From NCBI GenBank assembly GCA_038888155.1, contig JAWAJB010000001.1, positions 96,001-160,000 on the forward strand: a stretch of DNA of 64,000 bases, in the 5' to 3' direction. This DNA comes from Desulfurococcaceae archaeon. Its GTDB lineage: Archaea; Thermoproteota; Thermoprotei_A; Sulfolobales; Desulfurococcaceae. Positions 1 to 10,466 of the stretch are shown here, in pieces. The notes under the pieces were generated by a model. That model was not told the origin of the DNA. It saw only the letters and a list, made by a program, of their open reading frames with translations, and made no database searches. Positions within the stretch are counted from its first letter, which is position 1, and the number at the start of each line of letters is the position of its first letter. The position numbers were made by a program, and so were the translations under genes.

Positions 1-2064
1 AAGTATCCACATATCTTCTTGTTTTAATGCTCCTATGTATTTTGAAATGGGGTTAATTGACGGGTCGTATTTGTCAATATCCATGTACGTTTTAGCAAAT
101 AGTACAATGTTCCACAATATAGAGAGATCTCTTTTAGCCTCATCTAGCTCTCGCCACGAGAATTTTGTGTCCTCCCAAATTGTGTTACTTAACAGCCACA
201 ACCTCAGAGGATCTCTACCTACTCTCTCTATAGCTTCGTCCACTCCAACATAGTTTCCAAGGCTTTTGTGCATCTCTCTACCTTGTTCATCAAGCATAAA
301 GCCATGAACAAGAACTGTTCTATATGGTGCACTGTCAAATCCTATAACTCCAGACCTTAGCAACGAGAAAAACCATCCGCGAATCTGGTCGTGTCCCTCA
401 ACAACGAAGTCTGCTATTATTTCTTCCTTTTTTAGCCTGTGAGGATGACCTATAGATGCATAGAATGATACGCCGCTATCTAGCCAAACATCTACAACAT
501 CTGGTACCCTCTTCATCTCTAAGCCGCAGTGTGGACACTTAAACGTTATGTTATCAACCCATGGTTTGTGTAGCTCAAGCGGCTTCTCATTTGTGTAACT
601 CAGCAATTCCTTGAGGCTCCCTATTACAACCATATGTTCATTTCCGCACATCCATATTGGGAGGGGCGTTCCCCAGTACCTTTGCCTAGATACAACCCAG
701 TCCTGTAAATTTTCGAGCATATTCATAAGTCGAGTTAAAGCCCATGACGGAATCCAGTTGACACTAGAAGCCTCGCTCTTAATCTCCTCCTTTAACCTTG
801 TGACTTTAATTACCCACTGCCTCGCCGCTCTCAATATAACGGGAGTTTTACATCTCCAACAAATAGGGTACCTGTGGGCAATTCTTCCACTATATATTAG
901 TGCTTTTCTTTCGCGAAGAGCATTAATTATAGCCTCATTTGCTTCCCTTACATTGATGCCAGCAAAAACCCCTGCATCGCTAGTGAACCTGCCCTCTTCA
1001 TCGACGGGACATAACACGAGATTTTGTAAGCCGTGCTTCTTAGCCGCATCGTAGTCTTCAAAGCCGTGTCCAGGCGCTGCGTGTACCAGCCCCGTTCCCT
1101 CGTGCATAGAAACGTACTCGGGCGAGAGAATAACTCTGTGATATCTGCTTACCTTATTTTGGAGCGGGACTATATCTCTGAGGGGGTGCTCGTATGCGTA
1201 TTTAGCTAGTTCCTTTCCTGGCAACTTTTCAATAACGTCGTAGTTAACAATGTCGCACTCCTTCATTACTTCCCGTAGTCTTTTCTCGGCAAGAACGAGT
1301 GTCTCGTTTCCAACTCTTACCTTAACATAGATCTCGTCTGGGTGCGCCATTACAAAGACATTAGCAGGAAGCGTCCACGGGGTAGTAGTCCAGATCAATA
1401 GATAAACTCCATCTTCTCCACTAACGGGAAATTTTACGTATATGCTCGGATCCTCTAATTCCCTATACTCCACCTCGTACTCAGCAAGTGTAGTTGAACA
1501 CCTTGGGCACCAGTACACTACCCTGTGTTCTGAAGCGAGCAAGCCCTTATTTTCAGCCTGCTTTATAAGCCACCACGCTGCTTCTATGTACTCATCAGTT
1601 AAAGTGAGGTACGGGTTCTCCCAGTCCATGAATACTCCAAGTTCTTTAAACCACTTTGTCATGGCTCTCAGATTGTGTAAAGCAAATTTCTTGCATTCCG
1701 CTACAAAATTGTCTACGCCAATCCTGCCTTCAATCTCCTTCTTTGATCCAACGCCTAACTTTTGTTCTACCTTAACCTCTATTGGTAAGCCGTGACAGTC
1801 GTATCCAGGCCGGTCATTTACTTTAAAACCCTTCATTCGCCGATACCTTAAAACGGCGTCCTTGAGAGATTTATTCCATGCCGTACCTAAGTGAGGAATA
1901 TCCCCAGATGGGTATGGAGGACCATCAACAAAGTTAAATAACTTAGTGTTCTTATTGACTTTGTCCTTCACAAGTTGATATACCTTATTCGCTTCCCAAA
2001 ACTCGATAACAGATCTCTCTACCTTATGTGGATCGTAATTTCCTTCAAATCTCCAGTCATACAT
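1..2064 (-). CDS. ileS: Isoleucine--tRNA ligase (3' part runs off the window; absent from the ORF track)
   Basis: Partial manual translation from ATG at 2064: MYDWRFEGNYDPHKVE...FVDGPPYPSGDIPHLGTAWNK...PGYDCHGLPIE...WTTTPWTLPAN...GTGLVHAAPGHG...DWVVSRQRYWG...EGHDQIRGWF...EMHKSLGN. An SD (AAGGAG) lies upstream. Confidence 0.97.
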   Translation of the reverse strand, partial: MYDWRFEGNYDPHKVERSVIEFWEANKVYQLVKDKVNKNTKLFNFVDGPPYPSGDIPHLGTAWNKSLKDAVLRYRRMKGFKVNDRPGYDCHGLPIEVKVEQKLGVGSKKEIEGRIGVDNFVAECKKFALHNLRAMTKWFKELGVFMDWENPYLTLTDEYIEAAWWLIKQAENKGLLASEHRVVYWCPRCSTTLAEYEVEYRELEDPSIYVKFPVSGEDGVYLLIWTTTPWTLPANVFVMAHPDEIYVKVRVGNETLVLAEKRLREVMKECDIVNYDVIEKLPGKELAKYAYEHPLRDIVPLQNKVSRYHRVILSPEYVSMHEGTGLVHAAPGHGFEDYDAAKKHGLQNLVLCPVDEEGRFTSDAGVFAGINVREANEAIINALRERKALIYSGRIAHRYPICWRCKTPVILRAARQWVIKVTRLKEEIKSEASSVNWIPSWALTRLMNMLENLQDWVVSRQRYWGTPLPIWMCGNEHMVVIGSLKELLSYTNEKPLELHKPWVDNITFKCPHCGLEMKRVPDVVDVWLDSGVSFYASIGHPHRLKKEEIIADFVVEGHDQIRGWFFSLLRSGVIGFDSAPYRTVLVHGFMLDEQGREMHKSLGNYVGVDEAIERVGRDPLRLWLLSNTIWEDTKFSWRELDEAKRDLSILWNIVLFAKTYMDIDKYDPSINPISKYIGALKQEDMWIL

Positions 2065-2208
2065 GCGAAATCTCCTTATATGTATCTATTCAGGCAATCC
2101 GAGCATTTTATGTCTACATATATAGCTTAAGCGAATGGTATTAAAGAGTTTATAGTTGTAAAGCAAGTGCATTTAAATTTACAGTAAAAACAGCCATAAG
2201 AGAATACC

Positions 2209-2901
2209 TTATAAGCTAGTTAAACCTAGCTTCAAGAGTGTTTCAACATACGCAAGCACAACTCTAAAGCTCAGCTTAGAACTGCCTGTTTTTCTCGCCG
2301 CGAAAACGTAAGGCTCCTCACATATATTACTGGTTTTAAGGAGGCTCAATATTTCAACGAGTGCCTTATAGCCGCGAGGGACAATAGGACTCCACAACAA
2401 CAGGATGTCCCTCCGAGCTGCAAAGAAGCCGCTAACGGGGTCCTTTATCTTTCTGCATTTAGGTATTAAGAGCCTTGCCAAGAAAACAGCAGCTAGAGAT
2501 ACTGCTTTTCTCCAGGGGCTCAGCCCCTCTACCCTCCCCCCACTGATGTACCTCGAGGCTATAACGATATCGCATTCGCCCACTCTAGAGGTCAGTTTTG
2601 GGATTAGGTGCGGGGGGTGCTGTAAGTCAGCATCCATAACTACGACAATTTTGCCTCTTGCAGTAGAAATGCCTTCGTGGATTGCCGAGGTTAAACCCAG
2701 TTTGCCCGATCTTTTAATTACTTTGACTGGGTACAGCCTAGATAGCTCCACTGCAATATCTGCAGTTCCATCCGGGCTGTTATCATCCACTACTATTATC
2801 TCGAATTTACTGCTATTCATATGCCTGTTTATTGACTCAACTAGTCTAGCTATATTCTCTCTTTCGTTATAAGTAGGTAAAATAATTGAGACTTCGATCA
2901 A
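2209..2901 (-). CDS. GT2 polyprenol/dolichol-phosphate mannose synthase-like glycosyltransferase
   Basis: Motifs IILPTYNE, VVDDNSPDGT, VMDADLQHPP and DPVSGFF. Confidence 0.9.
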   Translation of the reverse strand: MIEVSIILPTYNERENIARLVESINRHMNSSKFEIIVVDDNSPDGTADIAVELSRLYPVKVIKRSGKLGLTSAIHEGISTARGKIVVVMDADLQHPPHLIPKLTSRVGECDIVIASRYISGGRVEGLSPWRKAVSLAAVFLARLLIPKCRKIKDPVSGFFAARRDILLLWSPIVPRGYKALVEILSLLKTSNICEEPYVFAARKTGSSKLSFRVVLAYVETLLKLGLTSL

Positions 2902-3080
2902 AAGTTCCCCTTTTCTCTTTTTTATTACTTGCCGCTAATTAATCAAATTCTCTCTTAGACATGACAGAACTGGTCTCAGTCGCTGTAATTTCGCTTTTGG
3001 CACAACGTTTTTTAATCGCTTTAAGAAATAGAGATGTCTATAAGATTAAAGTATTATAATCATAGTAATCGGTGGGCTAA

Positions 3081-6002
3081 GTGTCCCAGAAAAAGCTTGA
3101 TTTTCTTGAGTGGCTGAGAGATGTTGAGAAGAAATGGCAGACTGTGTGGAGAGAGAATAAAACGTTTCAATCCTATGTGTTAGAAAACTCGCCTAAGTAC
3201 TTTATAACAGTTCCTTATCCCTACGCTAATGGGCCATTGCACATAGGACACGGCAGGACATACACTATAGGTGATGTCATTGCAAGGTATAAGAGATTGC
3301 GCGGATTCAATGTACTCTTCCCCATGGCTTTTCACATAACAGGGACGCCCATAATCGCCTTTTCTGAAATGATTAGTAGGGGAGACAGCAGAATAGTATC
3401 AATGTACAGAGACTACATTAAGATGTATTTGGGAGAAGGTGAAGACGTAGATAAAGTCCTTGAGTCCTTTAGAGATCCACTAAACCTTGCAACGTTCTTT
3501 GCAGACAGAATTCAAAAAGATTTCGAGGAGCTGGGCTATAGCATAGATTGGCGTAGAAGATTTCATACAGGCGAGCTAACCTACAATAAATTCGTTACAT
3601 GGCAATTCTATCGTCTGCTTGAGAAAGGTCTCATAACGAGAGGTGACTACATTGTTACCTATTGTTTACTTCATGCGCAGCCTGAGGGAGAGGATGATAT
3701 CCAGGATGCCGATGTAAATCCGGTAGAGATAATTGAGTACACTGCTGTTAAGTTCAAGTTAATAGATGCAGAGAAAGTGTATTTACTTGCAGCTACTCTC
3801 CGCCCCGAGACGCTCTTTGGAGTGACTAACGTTTGGGTTCACCCCGATGTCAACTACGTCTTTTGCGAGTATAACGACGAAAAATACATCCTGAGTGAGA
3901 GGGCGCTGGTGAAGTTCGCTCATCAACATCCAGATGAAAAAATTAAAGTCATTTCACATATAAAGGGAAAGGAACTGCTGGGTAAGTGGGTTGAATCCCC
4001 TCTGGGTATAAAAGTACCCATATTGCCGGCATGGTTCGTAGATCCAGATAACGCCACTGGAGTAGTCTACTCCGAACCAAGCGATGCCCCTTACGATTAC
4101 ATTGCGCTCCTTGAGCTTAAGAGTAGTCCAGATGTCCTAAGGGAGCACGGCTTGGATCCAGATATTCTAGCGGGGATTGAACCAAAGAAAATAATTAGCG
4201 TCCCCGGCATTGAAGATCATCACGCCAAAGTAGTCATTGAAAAGTTGAAAATAGAGTCCCAGAGAGATCCCAGGCTAGAGGAAATTTCAAGCGAAGTGTA
4301 CCGTGAACAATTTTACAACGGCGTAATGATAGTAGAACACCCCGAATTCAGAGGCCTTAACGTTAGGGAGGCACGAGAGAAGTTTAAAGCGATGCTTTAC
4401 TCAAACGCTCACGCATTTCCTTTCTATGAGCTGAGTAGAAAGGCCTGGTGTCGCTCGGGAGGAGAAATCATAGTTGCTAAGATTAGGGGACAGTGGTTCA
4501 TTAATTACAACCTGGACTGGCTAAAAGAAAGAGCTAAAAAAGCGTTGAACAGCGACGAAATAAGAGTAATCCCAGCCAAGTACAAGAAGCTATTCACGGA
4601 TACTGTTGACTGGCTTGATAAAAGGCCATGCGCTAGAAAAAGAGGAATAGGTACAAGGCTTCCTTGGAGCCCTGATTGGATAGTAGAGAGCTTAAGCGAC
4701 TCCACTATATACATGGCGTTTTACACAATAGCGCACATAATTAGAGAAAACAAGATAAGTGAAGAGTCTTTAGTGCCCGAGGTATTTAATTATGTATTCC
4801 TAGGAGAAGGGGATATCAACGAAGTATCCACTAAAAGTCGTATCCCATTGGAGCTCCTCGAGAAAATGAGGAAAGAGTTTGCATACTGGTACCCTGTAGA
4901 TCACAGGCATACAGCTATACCTCACATAACTAACCATTTAACGTTCTACATATTGCACCACTTAGCAATATTTCCAGAAGCTTATACTCCGAAGTTAATT
5001 TCACTCAATGAAGCCGTTATTAGAGAAGGATCGAAGATGTCTAAGAGTAAGGGCAACGTTATTCCACTTAGGCATATTGTTACAGTCTACTCTGCCGACC
5101 TATTTAGGCTTTACATATCATGGGCAGCTAATTTAGACAGCGTCCTAGATTGGCGTGAAACAGAGGTTAACAAAGTCGTCGACAGTCTAGCCCGGTTCAC
5201 CAATATAGCTAAGAGCTCTATAAACGCTATCTGTAGCGAGGAGAGAGAAGACGTATTCAGTGCGTGGTTCATAAACAAGTTCAATGAGGCTTTAATTAAG
5301 GCCACGGAGGCCATTGAGAACCTAGAGGTGAGAGATTATGCACAAATAGCTTTCTTCGATATATTATCACTTATAGATAAGTACAGAAGTATGGTAGGCG
5401 AGGAATTTGTGTGTGGAACTAAAAAAATCCTAGCAGACTGGACTATCCTCCTAAGTCCCTTAATCCCCCACCTAGCAGAAGAAATAAACAGCTGGCTTGA
5501 AAAGGCAAGCCTCGCTTCGCTCGCCAAATGGCCTCAACCCAAAGAAGTGAACGAGGAGATAATAACTCTTGTTGACAACCTAGACCTACTCATTTCAGAT
5601 GCAAGAGAATTGCTTGGGCTAGTTAAAAGAAAGCCTACAAGGCTCTACATCATTGTAGCGCCTGAGTGGAAAAAAGAGATCGCTAAGTATGTAATGAACG
5701 ACGTTCCGCTCAAGAACGTTATTGACGGTATGAGAGTGGAATACGGGCTACGTGGACGGGAAGCTGAGATAATAGACGCCTATAACATATTTAAGAGGTT
5801 GGATAAAGCGCTGCTTGAGAAAATTATAAAAATTAAGAGTAAAAATGAATTTAGCGTATATAGAGAAGCCATAAGCTACATCAAGTCTAAGCTCATCAAC
5901 GCAGAAGAAATAATAGTTCTATGGGAAGACGAGGCCAGAGCTAAAAACATACCAAAAGCAGAACGCGCCATGCCTCTAAAGCCAGCACTATACATTGAGT
6001 AG
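3081..6002 (+). CDS. leuS: Leucine--tRNA ligase (archaeal type)
   Basis: PYPYANGPLHIGH (HIGH), ATLRPET editing domain, ESLSDSTIYMA, KMSKSKGN, C-terminal KPALYIE. GGTGG SD before the GTG start. Confidence 0.97.
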   Translation: MSQKKLDFLEWLRDVEKKWQTVWRENKTFQSYVLENSPKYFITVPYPYANGPLHIGHGRTYTIGDVIARYKRLRGFNVLFPMAFHITGTPIIAFSEMISRGDSRIVSMYRDYIKMYLGEGEDVDKVLESFRDPLNLATFFADRIQKDFEELGYSIDWRRRFHTGELTYNKFVTWQFYRLLEKGLITRGDYIVTYCLLHAQPEGEDDIQDADVNPVEIIEYTAVKFKLIDAEKVYLLAATLRPETLFGVTNVWVHPDVNYVFCEYNDEKYILSERALVKFAHQHPDEKIKVISHIKGKELLGKWVESPLGIKVPILPAWFVDPDNATGVVYSEPSDAPYDYIALLELKSSPDVLREHGLDPDILAGIEPKKIISVPGIEDHHAKVVIEKLKIESQRDPRLEEISSEVYREQFYNGVMIVEHPEFRGLNVREAREKFKAMLYSNAHAFPFYELSRKAWCRSGGEIIVAKIRGQWFINYNLDWLKERAKKALNSDEIRVIPAKYKKLFTDTVDWLDKRPCARKRGIGTRLPWSPDWIVESLSDSTIYMAFYTIAHIIRENKISEESLVPEVFNYVFLGEGDINEVSTKSRIPLELLEKMRKEFAYWYPVDHRHTAIPHITNHLTFYILHHLAIFPEAYTPKLISLNEAVIREGSKMSKSKGNVIPLRHIVTVYSADLFRLYISWAANLDSVLDWRETEVNKVVDSLARFTNIAKSSINAICSEEREDVFSAWFINKFNEALIKATEAIENLEVRDYAQIAFFDILSLIDKYRSMVGEEFVCGTKKILADWTILLSPLIPHLAEEINSWLEKASLASLAKWPQPKEVNEEIITLVDNLDLLISDARELLGLVKRKPTRLYIIVAPEWKKEIAKYVMNDVPLKNVIDGMRVEYGLRGREAEIIDAYNIFKRLDKALLEKIIKIKSKNEFSVYREAISYIKSKLINAEEIIVLWEDEARAKNIPKAERAMPLKPALYIE

Positions 6003-6201
6003 CTTCGTTGTCGCTCCTTAGTTCAAATTTTCATAATCAACAACAACATAGGTCATTGAGTTTAAACGCTTTACAGCTCGAGTAGAAGCTGTTCCAGTCT
6101 TTGATAACTTAAAGACGACTCCTCTAGCGCTGTTCACTTAACGGCCCATTTCAACGGGACGCTATTTTTAGTATAGAGGGCCGGAGTACAAAAGTAGTCG
6201 T

Positions 6202-7005
6202 TCACTCATTAGATCTCTGGGTTTCTATGCATATGTCTACTCCCATTAACTCCAGCATTTTCCTCACTCTCTCAAGTTTGTCCTCTGACGCTCCCTCGAG
6301 CCTTATTAATGCATCTCCGTGAATCTTTCCTCTTGAGATCACCCTCAACCTTAGTCTCTCAACGCTAACTCCGCTCTCCCTGAATGCCTCTAGTACTTTC
6401 TGAAATTCTGTGCTGGATGGTGCAATGTCCACCAGGACATTTACGAAGTCCCTACTCACTTTTATAATCTCGTAAATCACATACGTTGTCAATAAAACTC
6501 CCCCGCCGTAATCTATCAAGTAGTGTAGATATGCTCCACCTAGGCTTGCAAATATGCTTACGGTACCCTCTATCAACTCGCTCATTGTGAAGAGGCCGTA
6601 CGTCCTCAGACTTTGCGAGAGCCGCATTGAAATTACTATAGCTATTGAGTAAATAGCCATTGCAAGAATTGCATATAAAGTGGCCTCTGGAAGGACTATG
6701 TATTCCTTTACAAAGTAGAGCCTTGATAGTGCTACTCCGGCAACGAAGCTGTATACAATTAGAGTTGAAAGGATGCCAGCGTACTCATATCGTTCATGTC
6801 CGAAGTGGTGATCGCTGTCTGGGGGTATAACGGTTACCCTATTAAAAGCTAACGTTGTAAAAAGAGATATTATATTAGCGAAGCTAGTTGTAGCGTCTAC
6901 AAACAGCGTATTACTGCCGTATAATACACCACCGGCTATTTTTAACAGCGAAGCAATGAGACCGGATACCAACACGACCATAAGCAGGTCCATAGCAAGT
7001 CCCAT
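6202..7005 (-). CDS. Cation diffusion facilitator (CDF) family transporter
   Basis: Multiple TM segments, a PPDSDHHFGHERYE motif and a soluble C-terminal domain. Confidence 0.85.
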   Translation of the reverse strand: MGLAMDLLMVVLVSGLIASLLKIAGGVLYGSNTLFVDATTSFANIISLFTTLAFNRVTVIPPDSDHHFGHERYEYAGILSTLIVYSFVAGVALSRLYFVKEYIVLPEATLYAILAMAIYSIAIVISMRLSQSLRTYGLFTMSELIEGTVSIFASLGGAYLHYLIDYGGGVLLTTYVIYEIIKVSRDFVNVLVDIAPSSTEFQKVLEAFRESGVSVERLRLRVISRGKIHGDALIRLEGASEDKLERVRKMLELMGVDICIETQRSNE

Positions 7006-7201
7006 CAGAGAGGAATATGTTAACTGAGTAATAATTTAAGTGTAAAACTTTCCTTACCGATAAGCTGTGCGAACCCCTTGATTTTTTTAGCAGCGCAGGC
7101 AACCGCAATAGCTCTCCGTGAAATGGGTATTCGAGCACGCTCTACATTATCGAGCTGAAAATTTTTATACCGACCTTCATATTATTTAGCTCGGTGTAAA
7201 A

Positions 7202-7444
7202 ATGGCTAAGTACAAAGTCAAAATAGATCCGAGGGACAACTGCATCTCAGATATGGTATGTGTATCAATATGCCCAGAAGTATTTGAAATGAACCCCGAT
7301 GACAATAGATCTCAGATTACTCCGAAGTACAGAGAAGGCGGGAATGTTGCTGTGGGTCTAGTGCCCGAAGAACTATCCACGTGCGTACAAGACGCTGCAA
7401 ACGCGTGTCCTATTCAAATAATTTTGGTTGAAAAGGCAGAGTGA
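7202..7444 (+). CDS. Single-cluster ferredoxin (Asp-ligated, Pyrococcus-type)
   Basis: CISDMVCVSICP...NACP: a CxxDxxC...CP motif plus an extra Cys pair. Upstream TTTATA box. Confidence 0.92.
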   Translation: MAKYKVKIDPRDNCISDMVCVSICPEVFEMNPDDNRSQITPKYREGGNVAVGLVPEELSTCVQDAANACPIQIILVEKAE

Positions 7445-7491
7445 TTTAGGCCTCAATACATTTTTTCAAATTCCATTTTATTTACAGGTGC

Positions 7492-8730
7492 GTGTACTTG
7501 AGATCCCGTGAGCTTCTTAACTTTGCATTGGAAGTGCTCTCTAATAGTTTAAAATACAAAACAATATATGGCGAGGATTCAGAGGTAATTGTAGAGTACT
7601 ATAGAGAGGTTCTCTCTAACTACGGTATTCACACAACTGTACATAGAGTTCCTAGCGAGTACGTAGAGAAATTTGTCCCCGCTCGGTTTAACCCGCAGAA
7701 ACCTAGGTATATACTACTTGCGCGCGTAGGCTACGGCGATAAAGTCCTACAATATAACGGACATTACGATGTAGTGCCGCCAGGAGATGGGTGGAGCTCT
7801 GACCCTTTTAGTCCAGTTATTAAAGGGGGAAGGCTATACGGCAGAGGAACAAGCGACATGAAGGGCGGAATAGCTGCTATTCTGGCGTCGCTAGTATACT
7901 TTGCCCAAGTGAAGGAGCCAAGTTTGATCGTAGAGGCGGCCCTAGTTCCAGACGAGGAGATTGGAGGAATAACAGGAACTGGGTATTTAATAAAAGAGTT
8001 AGGCAGTCGGCCAGACTGGGCTGTAATAGGAGAGCCATCGGGAATAAACAACATTTACATAGGTCATCGAGGTACCCTGTGGTTAATGATAAAAATACTT
8101 GGCAAGCAGGCACATGGCTCCTCTCCTTGGGTAGGGGACAACGCATTTAAGAAAATGCTTACCTACGCGAGCATTTTCCTAGATAAATACGAGAAATACC
8201 TCAATAATAAAGCAAGTAAGCTAGTATACGAGGATCCACGTGCATCAAAGCCATCTTTAAGTGTGGGGGGTCTACTACTATCTGCTGGCGCTGTGAACAT
8301 TGTCCCTGGAATAAGCGGCTTTAGTGTTGATAGAAGACTTATAGTTGAAGAGAGCGCTGAAGAGGTGCTTAGTGAAATCATTATGCTTGATGAAGAAATT
8401 AAAAAGGATACGGGAATACAAAGCGAAATCGAGGTGCTCAACAAATCAAATCCAGCGTACACGCCAGAGAGTTCACCAATAGTTTCTACCCTGCGAGATG
8501 TCGTCAAGGCCGTGACAGGTGCCGAAGCCTCGAGTACTATCTGCAACGGCGGGCTGGACTTAAAATACTACACAAATGCAGGTATACCTGCTGTAGCTTA
8601 TGGTCCAGGTAATGGCGAAGTAGCTCATAAAGCTGATGAGTACATAGAAATAGATCACCTTGAAAAAGCAATTGAGGTGTACATAGAGCTTATTAAGAGG
8701 CTTGAAGATTTAAGCTCTGAAAGAGCGTAG
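7492..8730 (+). CDS. M20 family metallopeptidase / ArgE-DapE-like deacylase
   Basis: NGHYDVVP, GRGTSDMKGG, DEEIGG, GEP, GKQAH and AHKADEY motifs. Confidence 0.92.
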   Translation: MYLRSRELLNFALEVLSNSLKYKTIYGEDSEVIVEYYREVLSNYGIHTTVHRVPSEYVEKFVPARFNPQKPRYILLARVGYGDKVLQYNGHYDVVPPGDGWSSDPFSPVIKGGRLYGRGTSDMKGGIAAILASLVYFAQVKEPSLIVEAALVPDEEIGGITGTGYLIKELGSRPDWAVIGEPSGINNIYIGHRGTLWLMIKILGKQAHGSSPWVGDNAFKKMLTYASIFLDKYEKYLNNKASKLVYEDPRASKPSLSVGGLLLSAGAVNIVPGISGFSVDRRLIVEESAEEVLSEIIMLDEEIKKDTGIQSEIEVLNKSNPAYTPESSPIVSTLRDVVKAVTGAEASSTICNGGLDLKYYTNAGIPAVAYGPGNGEVAHKADEYIEIDHLEKAIEVYIELIKRLEDLSSERA

Positions 8731-8816
8731 ATGGGTTACGCTTTTAAGGCTTTTTATTCTAATTAATCCTTAAGTTAATAGAAAGGTATATTGTGCTGTT
8801 TTAAAAGGAGGATTAA

Positions 8817-10391
8817 ATGCCTTCACGAATACTAATAGCCAACAGAGGAGAAATAGCTGTAAGGATAGCGAAAACGCTCATAGAGAACAGTTATATACCT
8901 GTGGGGGTTTATACGCATGATGACGCTGATTCTTATCATAGAAAGTTCCTTGCAGAAGATGTTGAGATATCAAGCTACATGGATATAAAGGAAATACTTA
9001 ATGCCGCAGTTGACTTGGGTGCTGAGGCTATACACCCAGGCTATGGCTTCCTGAGCGAGAGTGCCGAGTTTGCTCGAGAGGTAACTAAATCGGGGTTTAA
9101 ATTCGTAGGGCCATCACCGGATATAATAGCATTAACCAGCGACAAAATAGCATTGAAGACTTATGCTGAGAGATTCGAGGTACCTGTTTTACCGTGGATT
9201 AAGGTGGATGCTCCCCAAGATATTTTAGATTTTGGGAAAATTCACGGGTACCCTCTCATAGTGAAGGCTGCAAGGGGAGGAGGGGGAAGAGGGATACGGC
9301 TAATAAGGGGTCAGGAAGAAGTCGAAAGTGCTTTTGAGCTAGCTAGAAGAGAGGCTGAGGGTTGCTTTAAAGATTCAAGATTGTTTGTTGAACCATACGT
9401 TGAGCACGCTAAGCACATAGAGGTGCAGGTACTTGGCGATGGGGACAATATTGTACATCTTTATGAGCGTGACTGTAGCCTTCAAAGACGATACCAAAAG
9501 GTTGTAGAGGAGGCGCCAAGCCCCTCTATTACAGGTTCAACTAGAAACAAACTATGCGAATACGCTCTGAGGTTATCTTCTGGACTCAAATACAATAACG
9601 CTGGGACGGTTGAATTCATTTTTGATATTAAAAGCGGGGGCTTCTACCTAACCGAGATAAACTCAAGGCTTCAAGTGGAACATCCCGTCACAGAGATGAT
9701 CACAGGCATAGATATTGTTAAGAAACAGGTAGAAGTCGCTTTACATTCCTCCCTTGACTTGAAACAGAGAGATGTATTGATACGAGGGCATTGTATTGAA
9801 GCTAGAATATATGCTGAGAACCCATATAATCAGGAGCCTTCCCATGGTAGGATAAACAAGTATAAGGAACCCCATGGACTAGGCATTCGCGTCGACTCTG
9901 GAATAATGGAGGGATCACGTATAAGCGATAGGTATGATCCTCTAATTGCCAAGGTTATAGCGTGGGGCACAGATAGGAACGTCGCCCTCTATAGACTAGA
10001 GCGGGCTCTTAATGAATTTATAATACACGGAAATAATATAGTAACTAATATTCCACTACTGAAGCATATATTGAGATCACCACAATTCACCAGTGCCGTT
10101 CACACCACAAAGTTCCTCGAGGAGGCAGTCCCAATATTATATTCTAGGGCGATTGAGGAGTCGAAAGTTCACGCAACTATATTAGCGTCACTCATTGAAA
10201 CCAACGATAAAGGCAGTAAGACTTATATATCTAAGGAAGGTTTGATAAAACAGGTTCTAAGAGGGGAGAATGTCTCATCATTAAAGAGGAGAGCGTGGTA
10301 CTACTACGTAGCGATCCGTAGTGGGTTCGGACACTACAGAATGAAGCAGGGGAAAGTGGCAAAGGGACGATCAAAAAGATGGACTCTTTAA
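8817..10391 (+). CDS. accC: Biotin carboxylase subunit of an acyl-CoA carboxylase
   Basis: ILIANRGEIAVRI, AIHPGYGFLSES, GGGGRG, ERDCSLQRRYQKVVEEAP, EINSRLQVEHPVTE and YDPLIAK motifs. Confidence 0.93.
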   Translation: MPSRILIANRGEIAVRIAKTLIENSYIPVGVYTHDDADSYHRKFLAEDVEISSYMDIKEILNAAVDLGAEAIHPGYGFLSESAEFAREVTKSGFKFVGPSPDIIALTSDKIALKTYAERFEVPVLPWIKVDAPQDILDFGKIHGYPLIVKAARGGGGRGIRLIRGQEEVESAFELARREAEGCFKDSRLFVEPYVEHAKHIEVQVLGDGDNIVHLYERDCSLQRRYQKVVEEAPSPSITGSTRNKLCEYALRLSSGLKYNNAGTVEFIFDIKSGGFYLTEINSRLQVEHPVTEMITGIDIVKKQVEVALHSSLDLKQRDVLIRGHCIEARIYAENPYNQEPSHGRINKYKEPHGLGIRVDSGIMEGSRISDRYDPLIAKVIAWGTDRNVALYRLERALNEFIIHGNNIVTNIPLLKHILRSPQFTSAVHTTKFLEEAVPILYSRAIEESKVHATILASLIETNDKGSKTYISKEGLIKQVLRGENVSSLKRRAWYYYVAIRSGFGHYRMKQGKVAKGRSKRWTL

Positions 10392-10466
10392 GTTTTTAAG
10401 AGGATTCGATATTAAAATTAGATAGTGACAATTCTTCTCTACTGGAAATGTTAAAGGTGAACAGTT

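Noticed and set aside
255-285. IleRS has EMHKS instead of KMSKS, and HLGT for HIGH
   Set aside because: I recall such variants as usual in crenarchaeal IleRS. No sign of inactivation.
35-1795. Plus-strand ORFs at 35, 611 and 1442, and the many other short antisense ORFs in the track
   Set aside because: They are shadows of real genes on the opposite strand (ileS here) and have no motifs or SD sites.
10436-10460. ORB-like string TCTACTGGAAAT...AAAGG
   Set aside because: Single degenerate copy with no cdc6/orc1 nearby; it overlaps the ppsA leader.
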